From a virus (taxonomy: Duplodnaviria > Heunggongvirae > Uroviricota > Caudoviricetes), in the IMG/VR virus record IMGVR_UViG_2526164690_000052: a stretch of 37,501 nucleotides of DNA. The stretch is one strand, 5' to 3'. The notes below the pieces were generated by a model. That model had not been told where the DNA came from. It saw nothing but the letters and a program-made list of their open reading frames with translations, and did not search any database. The translations under genes were made by a program, and so were the position numbers. Numbering within the stretch: position 1 is the first letter of the stretch; each line of letters begins with the position of its first letter. Shown piece by piece: positions 1-8,862 of the stretch.

Positions 1-1002
1 TTACCCTCTATTGTCAAAAGGGTTCAATTCAACAGCAGCCTCTAAATGACCTGGAGCAAAATGCGCATAACGCATAGTCATTTTTATATCGCTATGCCCC
101 AGTATTTTTTGCAACACAAGAATATTTCCGCCCCGCATCATAAAATGACTGGCAAACGTGTGACGTAGCACATGAGTTAATTGCCCATCAGGAAGCTCGA
201 TCTTCGCTCTCTTAATTGCAGCGTCAAAAGCCTCATAACATGGTGAAAATAGCGCTCCTCGTTTTTGAGGAAGCATAGCCTGCAATTGAGGTGAAATCGG
301 TACAGTGCGGTTCTTCTTTCCTTTAGTTTTAACAAATGTGATTCGACCGGGCAGTACTTGAGATTGCTTTAATCCTTCAGCTTCACTCCACCGAGCACCA
401 GTCGCAAGCCCAATACGGACAACACCCCCCAAATCTTTATTCCGTGACTCATCACACGCAATCAGAAGGCGTTCAATCTCATCTACATACAGAAACGCCA
501 GTTCCTTTTCTTCCTCACGAAACTTGCGAATACCAGTCAGGGGGTTTTCACCAGACCACTCCCCAAGGCGCTTCAGTTCGGCAAAAACAGCATGTAGATA
601 TGACTGCTCGCGATTAACGGTTGCTTCACTAAGTTTTTTCTTCCCCTTGGGATTCCATTCTCCTGATAGCCTTCTTTCCCGATAAGTAGCAAACATATTT
701 TTGTCAAACTGAGAAGCAAATGGATCCCCCAGCCTGGAACAAATCGCCTCAAGTTTGACTTTGCGCTCTGCACCAGAGGACAAGGTTTTACCGTACATCT
801 CAAACCAACGAGCAATCAACTCAGAAAGACGAGGACCAGAACCATCTTGAAACTCGTCTCCAACTCTACTATTCATTAAACGGCGCTCATAAGAGAGCGC
901 CTCACTTTTTGTCGCAAACTGTTTACGAATGCGTTTTCCCGATGCCCCGTAGGGATAACATTCGCAAAGCCATTTACCTGATGGAATCTTACGAACCGAC
1001 AT
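1..1002 (-). CDS. int: Tyrosine site-specific integrase (P2/186-type prophage integrase)
   Basis: 333-aa ORF; C-terminal tyrosine-recombinase signature HVLRHTFASHF...GHSDIKMTMRYAHF; sits at prophage edge, co-oriented with repressor; its stop codon is window bases 1-3. Confidence 0.9.
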   Translation of the reverse strand: MSVRKIPSGKWLCECYPYGASGKRIRKQFATKSEALSYERRLMNSRVGDEFQDGSGPRLSELIARWFEMYGKTLSSGAERKVKLEAICSRLGDPFASQFDKNMFATYRERRLSGEWNPKGKKKLSEATVNREQSYLHAVFAELKRLGEWSGENPLTGIRKFREEEKELAFLYVDEIERLLIACDESRNKDLGGVVRIGLATGARWSEAEGLKQSQVLPGRITFVKTKGKKNRTVPISPQLQAMLPQKRGALFSPCYEAFDAAIKRAKIELPDGQLTHVLRHTFASHFMMRGGNILVLQKILGHSDIKMTMRYAHFAPGHLEAAVELNPFDNRG

Positions 1003-1007
1003 TTTAG

Positions 1008-1355
1008 TTACTTATCACATAAATCAAATGCAGCCTTAGTGACATCCCCCAGACTCTTTTTTAACCCTGGGGCGGCATCATTATCTAGCCAAAATGGATT
1101 ATTGTTATCTAACGGTAACGCACCAAATGTTTTACCTTTTATTCGAGCTAAACCTGTAAGCGCATATAACTTATTATCGTCAAAATTCATCACATAAGGA
1201 TTACCATCAAGACACTGTAATTGAACCTCATCAGTATTAAATGGCCATACCCCATTGAAACTCTCACGTTCAATAGTTTTAAAAGGCATTGCGACGGCGG
1301 AAAAAGAAAACATAGATAAAAAAGTAACTAATAGTTGAACCTTTTTTACTTTCAT
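1008..1355 (-). CDS. Secreted/periplasmic protein of unknown function (cargo in lysogenic operon)
   Basis: 115-aa ORF; N-terminal signal peptide MKVKK + hydrophobic core + AVA cleavage motif; two Cys; GAGGT Shine-Dalgarno 5 nt upstream of ATG; AT-rich; 5 nt from int start. Confidence 0.6.
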   Translation of the reverse strand: MKVKKVQLLVTFLSMFSFSAVAMPFKTIERESFNGVWPFNTDEVQLQCLDGNPYVMNFDDNKLYALTGLARIKGKTFGALPLDNNNPFWLDNDAAPGLKKSLGDVTKAAFDLCDK

Positions 1356-1384
1356 ATCATTACCTCAATTTAGCTCAAGTAAGA

Positions 1385-2035
1385 TTACAAATTAAAAAAC
1401 ACCCTAGAAATGGCACCGCCTACCAAAACCCCTACGCAGATAAAGAATATTATTTCTTTTGGATAAAGTCGGATTAATTCTGAAGCACGAAGTCGAACTT
1501 CTGGTAAGGCCGAACTCTCTGTGTGACTTGATGCCGATTGTTGCTCTAACCACGACAATGCAGACTGTAACTGAGAACGAGTAAGATCGTTTAAACGTCC
1601 TGTACCGAAATTGATATGGCAATACCGCAGAAGTTTTTGTCGAAGTCCACAGTCTTCACTGTTACGTAGTAATAAACTTACAAGAGTCTTACAGGCATCA
1701 TGATCTTTACATCGCTCAAGCATTGCATGCAGAAAACTCTCCGCTGTTTTATATTGATTTACTGTCATATCATCAATACCAGCTACACCAATCTCCGCAT
1801 GTACTTTTTGCCAAATAATAAACGCTTCAGTATTGCTAGCTTCTGCAATAGCAGCAACCAAGCTATTTAGCTCCTTACGCTGAGCCTTAAGCAAAGGGCG
1901 ATCGTCATCATCATTATTCGAAGGGATTGCGATATTGACGGTATGAGAACCATCATATCGCTCTATCTGAATATTCTTTTCGTGAAAATCACGCCCAGCA
2001 ACGCGATTGTTTGAACCGTTTGAGTTGACGGCCAT
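1385..2035 (-). CDS. Membrane-anchored protein of unknown function (C-terminal hydrophobic segment)
   Basis: 216-aa ORF; GGAGGT RBS upstream of ATG; C-terminal hydrophobic stretch IIFFICVGVLVGGAI; N-terminal motif SNNRVAGRDFHE matches the C-terminus of the upstream repressor. Confidence 0.6.
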   Translation of the reverse strand: MAVNSNGSNNRVAGRDFHEKNIQIERYDGSHTVNIAIPSNNDDDDRPLLKAQRKELNSLVAAIAEASNTEAFIIWQKVHAEIGVAGIDDMTVNQYKTAESFLHAMLERCKDHDACKTLVSLLLRNSEDCGLRQKLLRYCHINFGTGRLNDLTRSQLQSALSWLEQQSASSHTESSALPEVRLRASELIRLYPKEIIFFICVGVLVGGAISRVFFNL

Positions 2036-2050
2036 GTCACCTCCCTACTA

Positions 2051-2455
2051 TCACCTACCCTTAGTTTCGTTATAGTCACGACCAGCGATACGGTTATTAC
2101 CACCAGAAATATTTAACTCACGTCCTGATGGCTGAGTTTCCTTTTCACTGATCGCACCTTTTAAAGCCCCGATCACCGCGTTTTTCACATCTAACGAAGC
2201 TGCTCGAAAGCGAGTAATCAACTCCTGCTCATCATCGTTATAAGTTTCAGGTGAGTGAATTCCCAACACAACATACTGAACATCAAGGCCAAAACGAGAC
2301 AGCGCTGCCAAATACGCAGCATCAGGAAAGCTATCTCCTTTCTCATATCTAAGCTGAGTTAGCTTTTTGACTCCACCAATGTCGCTCATGGCAACTTGAC
2401 TAAGTCCCAATCTTTCCCTTTCCTCACGCAACCGCTGACCAATATCATTTTTCAT
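2051..2455 (-). CDS. XRE-family helix-turn-helix transcriptional repressor (immunity repressor, functional analogue of P2 C / 186 CI)
   Basis: 134-aa ORF; N-terminal Cro/CI-type HTH (LREERERLGLSQVAMSDIGGVKKLTQLRYEKG); first leftward gene at the divergent switch region, upstream of int. Confidence 0.75.
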   Translation of the reverse strand: MKNDIGQRLREERERLGLSQVAMSDIGGVKKLTQLRYEKGDSFPDAAYLAALSRFGLDVQYVVLGIHSPETYNDDEQELITRFRAASLDVKNAVIGALKGAISEKETQPSGRELNISGGNNRIAGRDYNETKGR

Positions 2456-2530
2456 ACAAAAACCTTGACAGATATCTTTTTTGATACCAAAATGATTTCA
2501 CGAGCTATTAGATGATCACAATATACCACT
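2456..2530. promoter_or_regulatory. Divergent early/lysogenic switch region (promoter-operator)
   Basis: 75-bp AT-rich gap between divergent repressor and early genes; TTGACA at 2465-2470 with 17-bp spacer to CAAAAT on + strand; palindromes AGATATCT (2470-2477) and TGATCA (2513-2518). Confidence 0.5.
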
Positions 2531-2737
2531 ATGAAACAAGTTCTTCACGATACCAGATCACGCATTCCGCGTAACACCGCCACAGGTCCAAGACTGGCAC
2601 TTCGGCTGTCCCTCGAGGAGCGAGCCGTCATTGATGAAATGGCAGCTAAAGAACAACGCTCATCCTCTAACATGGCGCGCATGATCTTCCTTCGCGGCCT
2701 AGAGCTAACCCAGAAAGAACAAAACAAATCTTCCTGA
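2531..2737 (+). CDS. Small ribbon-helix-helix-like DNA-binding protein (Cox/Apl-position early regulator)
   Basis: 68-aa ORF, first rightward gene of early operon; beta-strand/helix pattern RLALRLSLEERAVIDEMAAKE typical of RHH proteins; function inferred from position. Confidence 0.5.
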   Translation: MKQVLHDTRSRIPRNTATGPRLALRLSLEERAVIDEMAAKEQRSSSNMARMIFLRGLELTQKEQNKSS

Positions 2738-2753
2738 TCAGGAGGCTAGTGGG

Positions 2754-2957
2754 ATGTCAGGTATAACCATCAATATCAATGTGAATGCCCCCTATGTATC
2801 CCTGCAGAAATATGCAGAGATAACAGGTATCCCTCTTAATACATGCAAAAAGATGTTGGCTGACGGTCGAATTATTATCCGCCCCAAACGCGCCAAAATG
2901 GAAAAGCCTGAAGTAAACCTTGTGGCGATGTTAAAAGACGCTTTGGCTAACAGCTAA
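2754..2957 (+). CDS. Small HTH DNA-binding protein (excisionase/regulator-like)
   Basis: 67-aa ORF with AGGAGG RBS; YVSLQKYAEITGIPLNTCKKMLADGRI resembles excisionase/AlpA-type HTH. Confidence 0.5.
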   Translation: MSGITININVNAPYVSLQKYAEITGIPLNTCKKMLADGRIIIRPKRAKMEKPEVNLVAMLKDALANS

Positions 2958-2978
2958 AACAATGAACAGAGCATCATC

Positions 2979-3329
2979 ATGAAAAAAAACACTAATAATC
3001 CATACTCCAAATTTCGTAATGGCGTAGAACGCCATGTACACCACGTCGCTACCAGTGCATCACGTAGTAACAGCCGCTATAACCTGAACGAGACGCACGC
3101 AACACCAGATGGGCACGCTGTAAAACAAATCGGCGAACACACCTGGCTGATTGAGAAAGCTGGAATCGTGGTTCACAGATGCCCACACAATCCGTTTACC
3201 GGAAACCGCATTTTTGCATTAAGCAGCGGCGATAATCAGTTCGGGCAGGATTTCACATTGTACGAAGCACTACGCACAGTCGATCGTCTGCTTCGCGGGC
3301 AAAGTTTTATTAAACAGGCTGCTTTATAA
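2979..3329 (+). CDS. Hypothetical early protein
   Basis: 116-aa ORF in early operon, co-oriented and tightly spaced. Confidence 0.45.
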   Translation: MKKNTNNPYSKFRNGVERHVHHVATSASRSNSRYNLNETHATPDGHAVKQIGEHTWLIEKAGIVVHRCPHNPFTGNRIFALSSGDNQFGQDFTLYEALRTVDRLLRGQSFIKQAAL

Positions 3330-3339
3330 CAGGTGCTTT

Positions 3340-3618
3340 ATGACTAAAGACCATGCACAAGGTGTATTTATCCGCTTTATTGATTTTCGCGGTGAACTGT
3401 TATTACGCGCATCAGCTATTGACGGAGTAGTTCCATCTGAAAAAAACGCAGCTACCTACGTTTATCTGAACGGTACACGCCTGACTGTAGAGCTTCCGTA
3501 CCAGATCATTCGCGAAATAATTAGCGAAGCCGAAAAATCTCGTCAGGTTAATGGCGATGAACCCTATATCGAGATTATCTGCATGGATTCAGAAGCTGAA
3601 ATTCAGAAAGCAGATTAA
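3340..3618 (+). CDS. Hypothetical early protein
   Basis: 92-aa ORF in early operon. Confidence 0.45.
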   Translation: MTKDHAQGVFIRFIDFRGELLLRASAIDGVVPSEKNAATYVYLNGTRLTVELPYQIIREIISEAEKSRQVNGDEPYIEIICMDSEAEIQKAD

Positions 3619-3629
3619 AGGGTGTTGCG

Positions 3630-3872
3630 ATGGATAAAGAATATAAAACTCTCATCAACAAAGCACTTGAGCGTTTTTATTTTCGTTTAAGCGCATCCGG
3701 CGCTCATTCAGAACGTGCAGCCCGTGACTCATTGACTAGGGCTATCCGGAGTCTGTATGACGTAGCTTTTTACGCTGACGATCTGGATGCACTTAATGAA
3801 CTTTCTGAGCTTATCTGCGCCGCAGAATGCGGGGAGCATATTGAGCCGTACAAACTGGGAAATATCGCATGA
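3630..3872 (+). CDS. Hypothetical early protein
   Basis: 80-aa ORF in early operon. Confidence 0.45.
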   Translation: MDKEYKTLINKALERFYFRLSASGAHSERAARDSLTRAIRSLYDVAFYADDLDALNELSELICAAECGEHIEPYKLGNIA

Positions 3873-3982
3873 GTATATTTATATCCTGGATTGTTCTTAT
3901 TATTTCGGTGGTTTGTGCAATTGGTATTATGCGAATTATTAATTCAGTAAAAAAGATTGAACGCTTTTTCACTGGCGAATAA
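3869..3982 (+). CDS. Small hydrophobic membrane peptide (37 aa)
   Basis: ATG at 3869 overlaps upstream stop (ATGA coupling); translation MSIFISWIVLIISVVCAIGIMRIINSVKKIERFFTGE is one predicted TM helix with a basic tail; below the 60-aa cutoff of the ORF track; very AT-rich. Confidence 0.35.
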   Translation: MSIFISWIVLIISVVCAIGIMRIINSVKKIERFFTGE

Positions 3983-4068
3983 CCGCATAAATAAAACCCC
4001 AGCTTAAATAAAAAAATGTGAACACAATCTGCATTCGCAGAGGTATTCACACACACCAAGGAGGCGTA

Positions 4069-4272
4069 ATGGCAATTAAGCATTTTCCTGTCGTTCGTTT
4101 CACCTCCAGAGGACGTGAATACGAAGTCGACGAACGTCTGATTACCACAATCGACAAACACCGCTCAGAAAAGGATGCACACCACATCTATCTCACTGAC
4201 GGCACTTACTTTTGCGCCACTAATGTGGCGCGGGTGAATCTTATCCGACAGGTACAGGATCCACGCAAATGA
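4069..4272 (+). CDS. Hypothetical early protein
   Basis: ORF-track frame 4018..4272; start placed at ATG 4069 which follows AAGGAGG (4058-4064). Confidence 0.4.
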   Translation: MAIKHFPVVRFTSRGREYEVDERLITTIDKHRSEKDAHHIYLTDGTYFCATNVARVNLIRQVQDPRK

Positions 4273-4487
4273 GTAGGAGAAGAATCACTCGCAGACATCA
4301 CCGAACACACCTGAGTTCCTCAGCAACGCTAAAGGCACTTATTCAAAGCGAGATCGGTGATTTCTTCGCGGGAGTTGGCTCACCAGGCGAACCAGAAACA
4401 CCAGAAGCGATGCAGCGTGAGCTCATGATACGCATAGATAACACTTTTGATTTCTTCTACAGCATGCACGGAATTAAACAGAAATGA
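4269..4487 (+). CDS. Hypothetical early protein
   Basis: 72-aa ORF, start overlaps previous stop. Confidence 0.4.
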   Translation: MSRRRITRRHHRTHLSSSATLKALIQSEIGDFFAGVGSPGEPETPEAMQRELMIRIDNTFDFFYSMHGIKQK

Positions 4488-4595
4488 ACCTCAAGCCAGC
4501 AATAACTACTCGTAGAACGTCAATTCCTGTAACCGACCGCTTCTGAGTTTTTTGGCAGGAAGCCTTCGCACATCTGTAGTAAAGAGAATTGCAGC

Positions 4596-4985
4596 ATGAT
4601 TGACGCTCATGACTTCACAAGATGGGTGCGCACACAGGACACCCGTCTGGCTCCCGTTCTTCAGGGATTATTTGATCTCTACATCCGTGGTCGTGACAAC
4701 AGAGCACGCACCACAAAACCGGAGAATGCAGACACCCTTTATTTCACAGTAGACGACTGCTACCGCGTGGACTTCACACCACACGGGCTGGCGTTGCACT
4801 GCCTGACACCACACGGCGAATCACTGCTGGCGTATTACGACTCCCCGGCCTCCATATTTGCGGCAATGCTGGCGCATCGCACTGCTGGCGGGTGTGCCTC
4901 GCTGAGTGAATACTCCGCTGAATTTAACCGCCTTTCCGCCCTCTTCTCACAGGAGTGGCAGCGCGTGACGGGATACCAGCCATGA
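4596..4985 (+). CDS. Hypothetical protein immediately upstream of replication gene A
   Basis: 129-aa ORF; stop overlaps start of A. Confidence 0.45.
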   Translation: MIDAHDFTRWVRTQDTRLAPVLQGLFDLYIRGRDNRARTTKPENADTLYFTVDDCYRVDFTPHGLALHCLTPHGESLLAYYDSPASIFAAMLAHRTAGGCASLSEYSAEFNRLSALFSQEWQRVTGYQP

Positions 4986-7822
4986 GTGCGTTTGCATGGA
5001 GCTGGAATGAACCACGGCCAGCCATTGATCCGGCCAGATTTACGGAGCGCAGGCAGGAAACTGAAACCGACCTGCAACGCGCCATCCGTTACTACCTTGA
5101 GGCAAACAAAAGGGCACAGGAAGAACAGGAAGCGAAGGAAGAAGCCTTTTTCGCACAATCCACCGTGGGTAAAAAACTCATGGCATCCCTTGAGGAAGCC
5201 GGACAGCGTGAAAAGCTGGCACAAAGCATCATCAGCAAGCGTCAGGCAACAGAACAAGACCCGGTGGCCCGTGCTTTTGCCACACTGAAGGTGCTTCCCG
5301 TTTATCTGCGTGAACCTCTGAGCCGCCACCTCTCTTTTCTGCGCAAGAAGCAGGAAGCCGATCGTCAGAAAGGCAAAAAGAGCTGGCAGGCTGAACGCTA
5401 CGCGCGCGGAACCCTGCGCAAAATATTCGAACGTCTGGACCGCACCGACAGCCGCTGGCTGACACCGGGCTATCGCTCCCTTGCCGGACGCGAACGCCTG
5501 GACGATTTGCTTTACCTGCCGCAGCTCAACAAACACCAGATACAGACGCTGGCCACCATGACGGCGGCGATGTTCAGTGGCACTTTTGAAAAACTCTGCG
5601 ATGGCTTTGGCGCGACCGATGGCGAGCTGACCATGGATGTAACGCTGAAGGCGTATCAGATGCTGGCCCGCATGGCGTTACACCTGCACGCTATGCCTCC
5701 ACATTATGACGCTCTGACAACAGACAAAGACCGGAGGAATGAACCGGACACGGAGCTGCTGCCGGGCGCAATCCTTCGCCTGACCTGTGCGGAATGGTGG
5801 AAACGCAAACTGTGGCTGTTACGTTGCGAGTGGAGAGAAGAACAACTCCGCGCCGCCTGTCTGGTTTCCAGAAAAACATCACCCTATCTGAGCCAGGACG
5901 CGTTAAGCGAGTTTCGCGCACAGCGCGAGAAAACACGCGATTTCCTGAAAAGTTTCATGCTGGAAAACGAAGACGGGTTCACGATTGATCTCGAGACAGT
6001 GTATTACGCGGGAGTAAGTAACCCGATTCACCGTAAGGCAGAAATGATGGCCACCATGAAGGGGCTGGAACTTCTGGCCGAAGCCCGTGGCGACAGAGCG
6101 GTGTTTCTGACTGTCACCTGCCCGTCAAAATACCACGCCACAACAGAGAACGGTCATCCGAATCCCAAATGGAACGGGGCCACCATGCGCGACTCCAGCG
6201 ATTACCTGGTTAACACGTTTTTTGCGGCGGTCCGCAAGAAACTGAACCGCGACGGCCTGCGCTGGTATGGCATCCGCACGGTGGAGCCTCACCATGACGG
6301 CACCGTGCACTGGCATATGATGGTCTTTGCTCATCCGGAAGAAATCGACACCATTGTGTCCCACACCCGCGATATTGCCATTCAGGAAGACCGCCACGAG
6401 CTGGGCAATGATATTACTCCGCGCTTTAAGGTGGAGTATGTCGACGGCTCAAAAGGCACGCCAACCAGCTACATCGCCACCTACATCGGAAAGAACCTGG
6501 ACAGCCGCGCCGTGGATGGCATCGACCCGAAAACGGGCAAGCCACGCGTTGACCACGAAACCGGAAAATCAATGGCCGAGAGCGTGGAACGCGCCATCGG
6601 CTGGGCACGCCTTCACCGGGTCCGCCAGTTCCAGTTCTTTGGCATCCCCTCCCGTCAGGTATGGCGTGAACTCCGCCGCCTTGCCAGCCAGATGGCACGC
6701 AACCCGGAAGGCCCACAACGGCTGAAGGATGATGCAATGGATGCGGTACTCGCTGCCGCTGATGCCGGGTGTTTTGCCACCTACATTGAGAAACAGGGCG
6801 GCGTACTTGTTCCACGCAAAGACTACCTGATTCGCACCGCCTACGACCTCGCAGATGAGCTGAACGATTACGGCGAACAGAGCGTACAGATTTACGGGAT
6901 CTGGTCACCACTCATCGGGGAATCCTCCCGTGTGTGCACGCACTCGGATAACTGGAAGCTGGTAAGACGTAAACCGGAAGCGGAAGACAGCACCCGCGAA
7001 AATGGTTTTGACCTTCAGGGCGGCCCTGCCGCCACTTGGACTCGTGGCAATAACTGTCCCCGTGTACAGGAAACGGACAACAACGGGACAGAACAGCCGG
7101 AAGAAAGGCCAGCACCGTGGCCGCAGCTTCCTGACGGCGTTGACGTGAATGAATGGATGCGCTCACTGAAACGGCACGAACGCCGGGCGCTGATGCGTTC
7201 GCTGCGTGACAAACAGGCAAAAAACAGCAGTGATGAAATGCAGAACTGGACACAGAGCCGCAAACAGCCACGGCCTTTGCCTGATAACCACGAGTTACTC
7301 GCTAAAGAATGGCGGGAGTCTGCTGAATCTCTCGGCCTGCATATCGGTGAACAGCAGATGCAGCACCTGTTACGGGGCGGCAGTCTGTACGTTGACGGCA
7401 GCATCATTGCACCGCAGGGATTTGAAATTGTACGCAAACCAGATACCCGCCCGGACAGCCGAATCACGCAACTCTGGCAGCGCCTGAGCCGTAATCACGG
7501 CGTAAGCAGCACGGAGATCCGCCATAACCCGGTCGCCAGCTATCTGGAACAGCTGGGGGCATCAGACCCCGAAGCCGCCGCACACCTGGCATCCACACTT
7601 CAGCAGGACCAGAACACCATGAAAACCCCCGTTACCGTGCTTTCTGACATGCTGCGCGCCATCCGTGACGCAGTGCACGCACAGAGAATCAGTGAAACCA
7701 CTGAACGCGCCCACCGCAAAGCAGACCTGCTGCGGGGTAGCCTGACCAGTGGAAACAAAAAACAGACAGAAACGGGACTCACAAATCCCGTAAATGAGCA
7801 AAAAACGTGCCGCGATATATGA
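4982..7822 (+). CDS. A: Replication initiation endonuclease gpA (rolling-circle HUH nickase)
   Basis: about 946 aa; HUH-type motif TVEPHHDGTVHWHMMVF; overall resemblance to P2/186 A proteins; start uncertain (ATG 4982 or GTG 4955). Confidence 0.85.
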   Translation: MSAFAWSWNEPRPAIDPARFTERRQETETDLQRAIRYYLEANKRAQEEQEAKEEAFFAQSTVGKKLMASLEEAGQREKLAQSIISKRQATEQDPVARAFATLKVLPVYLREPLSRHLSFLRKKQEADRQKGKKSWQAERYARGTLRKIFERLDRTDSRWLTPGYRSLAGRERLDDLLYLPQLNKHQIQTLATMTAAMFSGTFEKLCDGFGATDGELTMDVTLKAYQMLARMALHLHAMPPHYDALTTDKDRRNEPDTELLPGAILRLTCAEWWKRKLWLLRCEWREEQLRAACLVSRKTSPYLSQDALSEFRAQREKTRDFLKSFMLENEDGFTIDLETVYYAGVSNPIHRKAEMMATMKGLELLAEARGDRAVFLTVTCPSKYHATTENGHPNPKWNGATMRDSSDYLVNTFFAAVRKKLNRDGLRWYGIRTVEPHHDGTVHWHMMVFAHPEEIDTIVSHTRDIAIQEDRHELGNDITPRFKVEYVDGSKGTPTSYIATYIGKNLDSRAVDGIDPKTGKPRVDHETGKSMAESVERAIGWARLHRVRQFQFFGIPSRQVWRELRRLASQMARNPEGPQRLKDDAMDAVLAAADAGCFATYIEKQGGVLVPRKDYLIRTAYDLADELNDYGEQSVQIYGIWSPLIGESSRVCTHSDNWKLVRRKPEAEDSTRENGFDLQGGPAATWTRGNNCPRVQETDNNGTEQPEERPAPWPQLPDGVDVNEWMRSLKRHERRALMRSLRDKQAKNSSDEMQNWTQSRKQPRPLPDNHELLAKEWRESAESLGLHIGEQQMQHLLRGGSLYVDGSIIAPQGFEIVRKPDTRPDSRITQLWQRLSRNHGVSSTEIRHNPVASYLEQLGASDPEAAAHLASTLQQDQNTMKTPVTVLSDMLRAIRDAVHAQRISETTERAHRKADLLRGSLTSGNKKQTETGLTNPVNEQKTCRDI

Positions 7823-7898
7823 AGCGCGCACAAAACAGGCAAAAGCGGGATTTAAAAATCCTGTAACCGATTAATTAATCAACACAAGGAAAAGCGAC

Positions 7899-8858
7899 AT
7901 GAAAATTTGTATCGACGACGGCTCCACCAACATCAAGCTGGCATGGACTGAGAACGGCGAACGCCGCAACGCCATCAGCCCGAACAGCTTCAAGTCGGAA
8001 TGGTCTGCGCCGTTCGGTGGCACGCAGCCCGCGAACTACATGCTTGATGGCGTGCGCTATGGTTTTGATCCGGTCAGCGATCGCTTTGTCCAGACGACCG
8101 ACACGCAATACCAGTACAGCGATGTGAATATAATTGCCATTCATCACGCGCTGGTCAAATCAGGCATCACACCACAGGAAGTGGATGTGGTTGTCACCCT
8201 GCCACTGAGCGAGTATTTCGATACAAACGCACAGCCGGACATGGCCAACATCAACCGCAAAAAAGCGAACGTCATGCGCCCGGTGGAGTACCAGAACGGC
8301 GAAGCATTCACTATCCGTAACGTACGGGTTATGCCTGAATCCATTCCGGCTGGCTTTAAGGCACTGGCTGACATGAGTCCGTTTGAATCCCTGCTGATTG
8401 TGGATTTGGGCGGAACCACTCTGGATGTGGCAAAGGTTCAGGGGCAACTGGCAGGTATCAGCCAGGTGTTTTGCGATCCACACGTGGGCGTTTCTCTGAT
8501 GGCCGATGCCGTACTGTCGGTGATGGCCACTAACGGTATGCGCACCAGTCACCACATCGCCAATACCATTATCGAACATCGCCATGATGAAGCCTGGCTG
8601 CGCCAGCACATCCACAATGACGCGCATTACGCCAGCCTGATGGCGGTTATTCGTGAAAAGGAAGAAACACTGAAACAACGCGTGATCCGCGCGCTGGCGG
8701 GTTTTTCGGGTTACGGGCGGGTGATGGTTGTCGGTGGAGGGGCGGAGATTGTGGCACCCGCTATCCGCGAAGCCTGCGGAGTTAATGCGACTTTCATCGC
8801 GGACGGGGTGCCACAGTTTGCTCTGGTTAATGGGCTGTACGCAATGGACAAGGAGTAA
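7899..8858 (+). CDS. parM: ParM/StbA-like actin-family segregation ATPase
   Basis: 319 aa; N-terminus MKICIDDGSTNIKLAW...ISPNSFKSEW and internal blocks (YSDVNIIAIHHAL, VMPESIPAG, DLGGTTLD, VGGGAE) match plasmid R1 ParM as recalled. Confidence 0.8.
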   Translation: MKICIDDGSTNIKLAWTENGERRNAISPNSFKSEWSAPFGGTQPANYMLDGVRYGFDPVSDRFVQTTDTQYQYSDVNIIAIHHALVKSGITPQEVDVVVTLPLSEYFDTNAQPDMANINRKKANVMRPVEYQNGEAFTIRNVRVMPESIPAGFKALADMSPFESLLIVDLGGTTLDVAKVQGQLAGISQVFCDPHVGVSLMADAVLSVMATNGMRTSHHIANTIIEHRHDEAWLRQHIHNDAHYASLMAVIREKEETLKQRVIRALAGFSGYGRVMVVGGGAEIVAPAIREACGVNATFIADGVPQFALVNGLYAMDKE

Positions 8859-8862
8859 ACCA

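Noticed and set aside
2033-2056. Possible stop-codon read-through or fusion between the repressor ORF and the downstream 216-aa ORF, which are in the same frame
   Set aside because: The junction reads TGA TAG TAG followed by GGAGGT and ATG: three consecutive stops and a canonical RBS, i.e. an ordinary operon junction.
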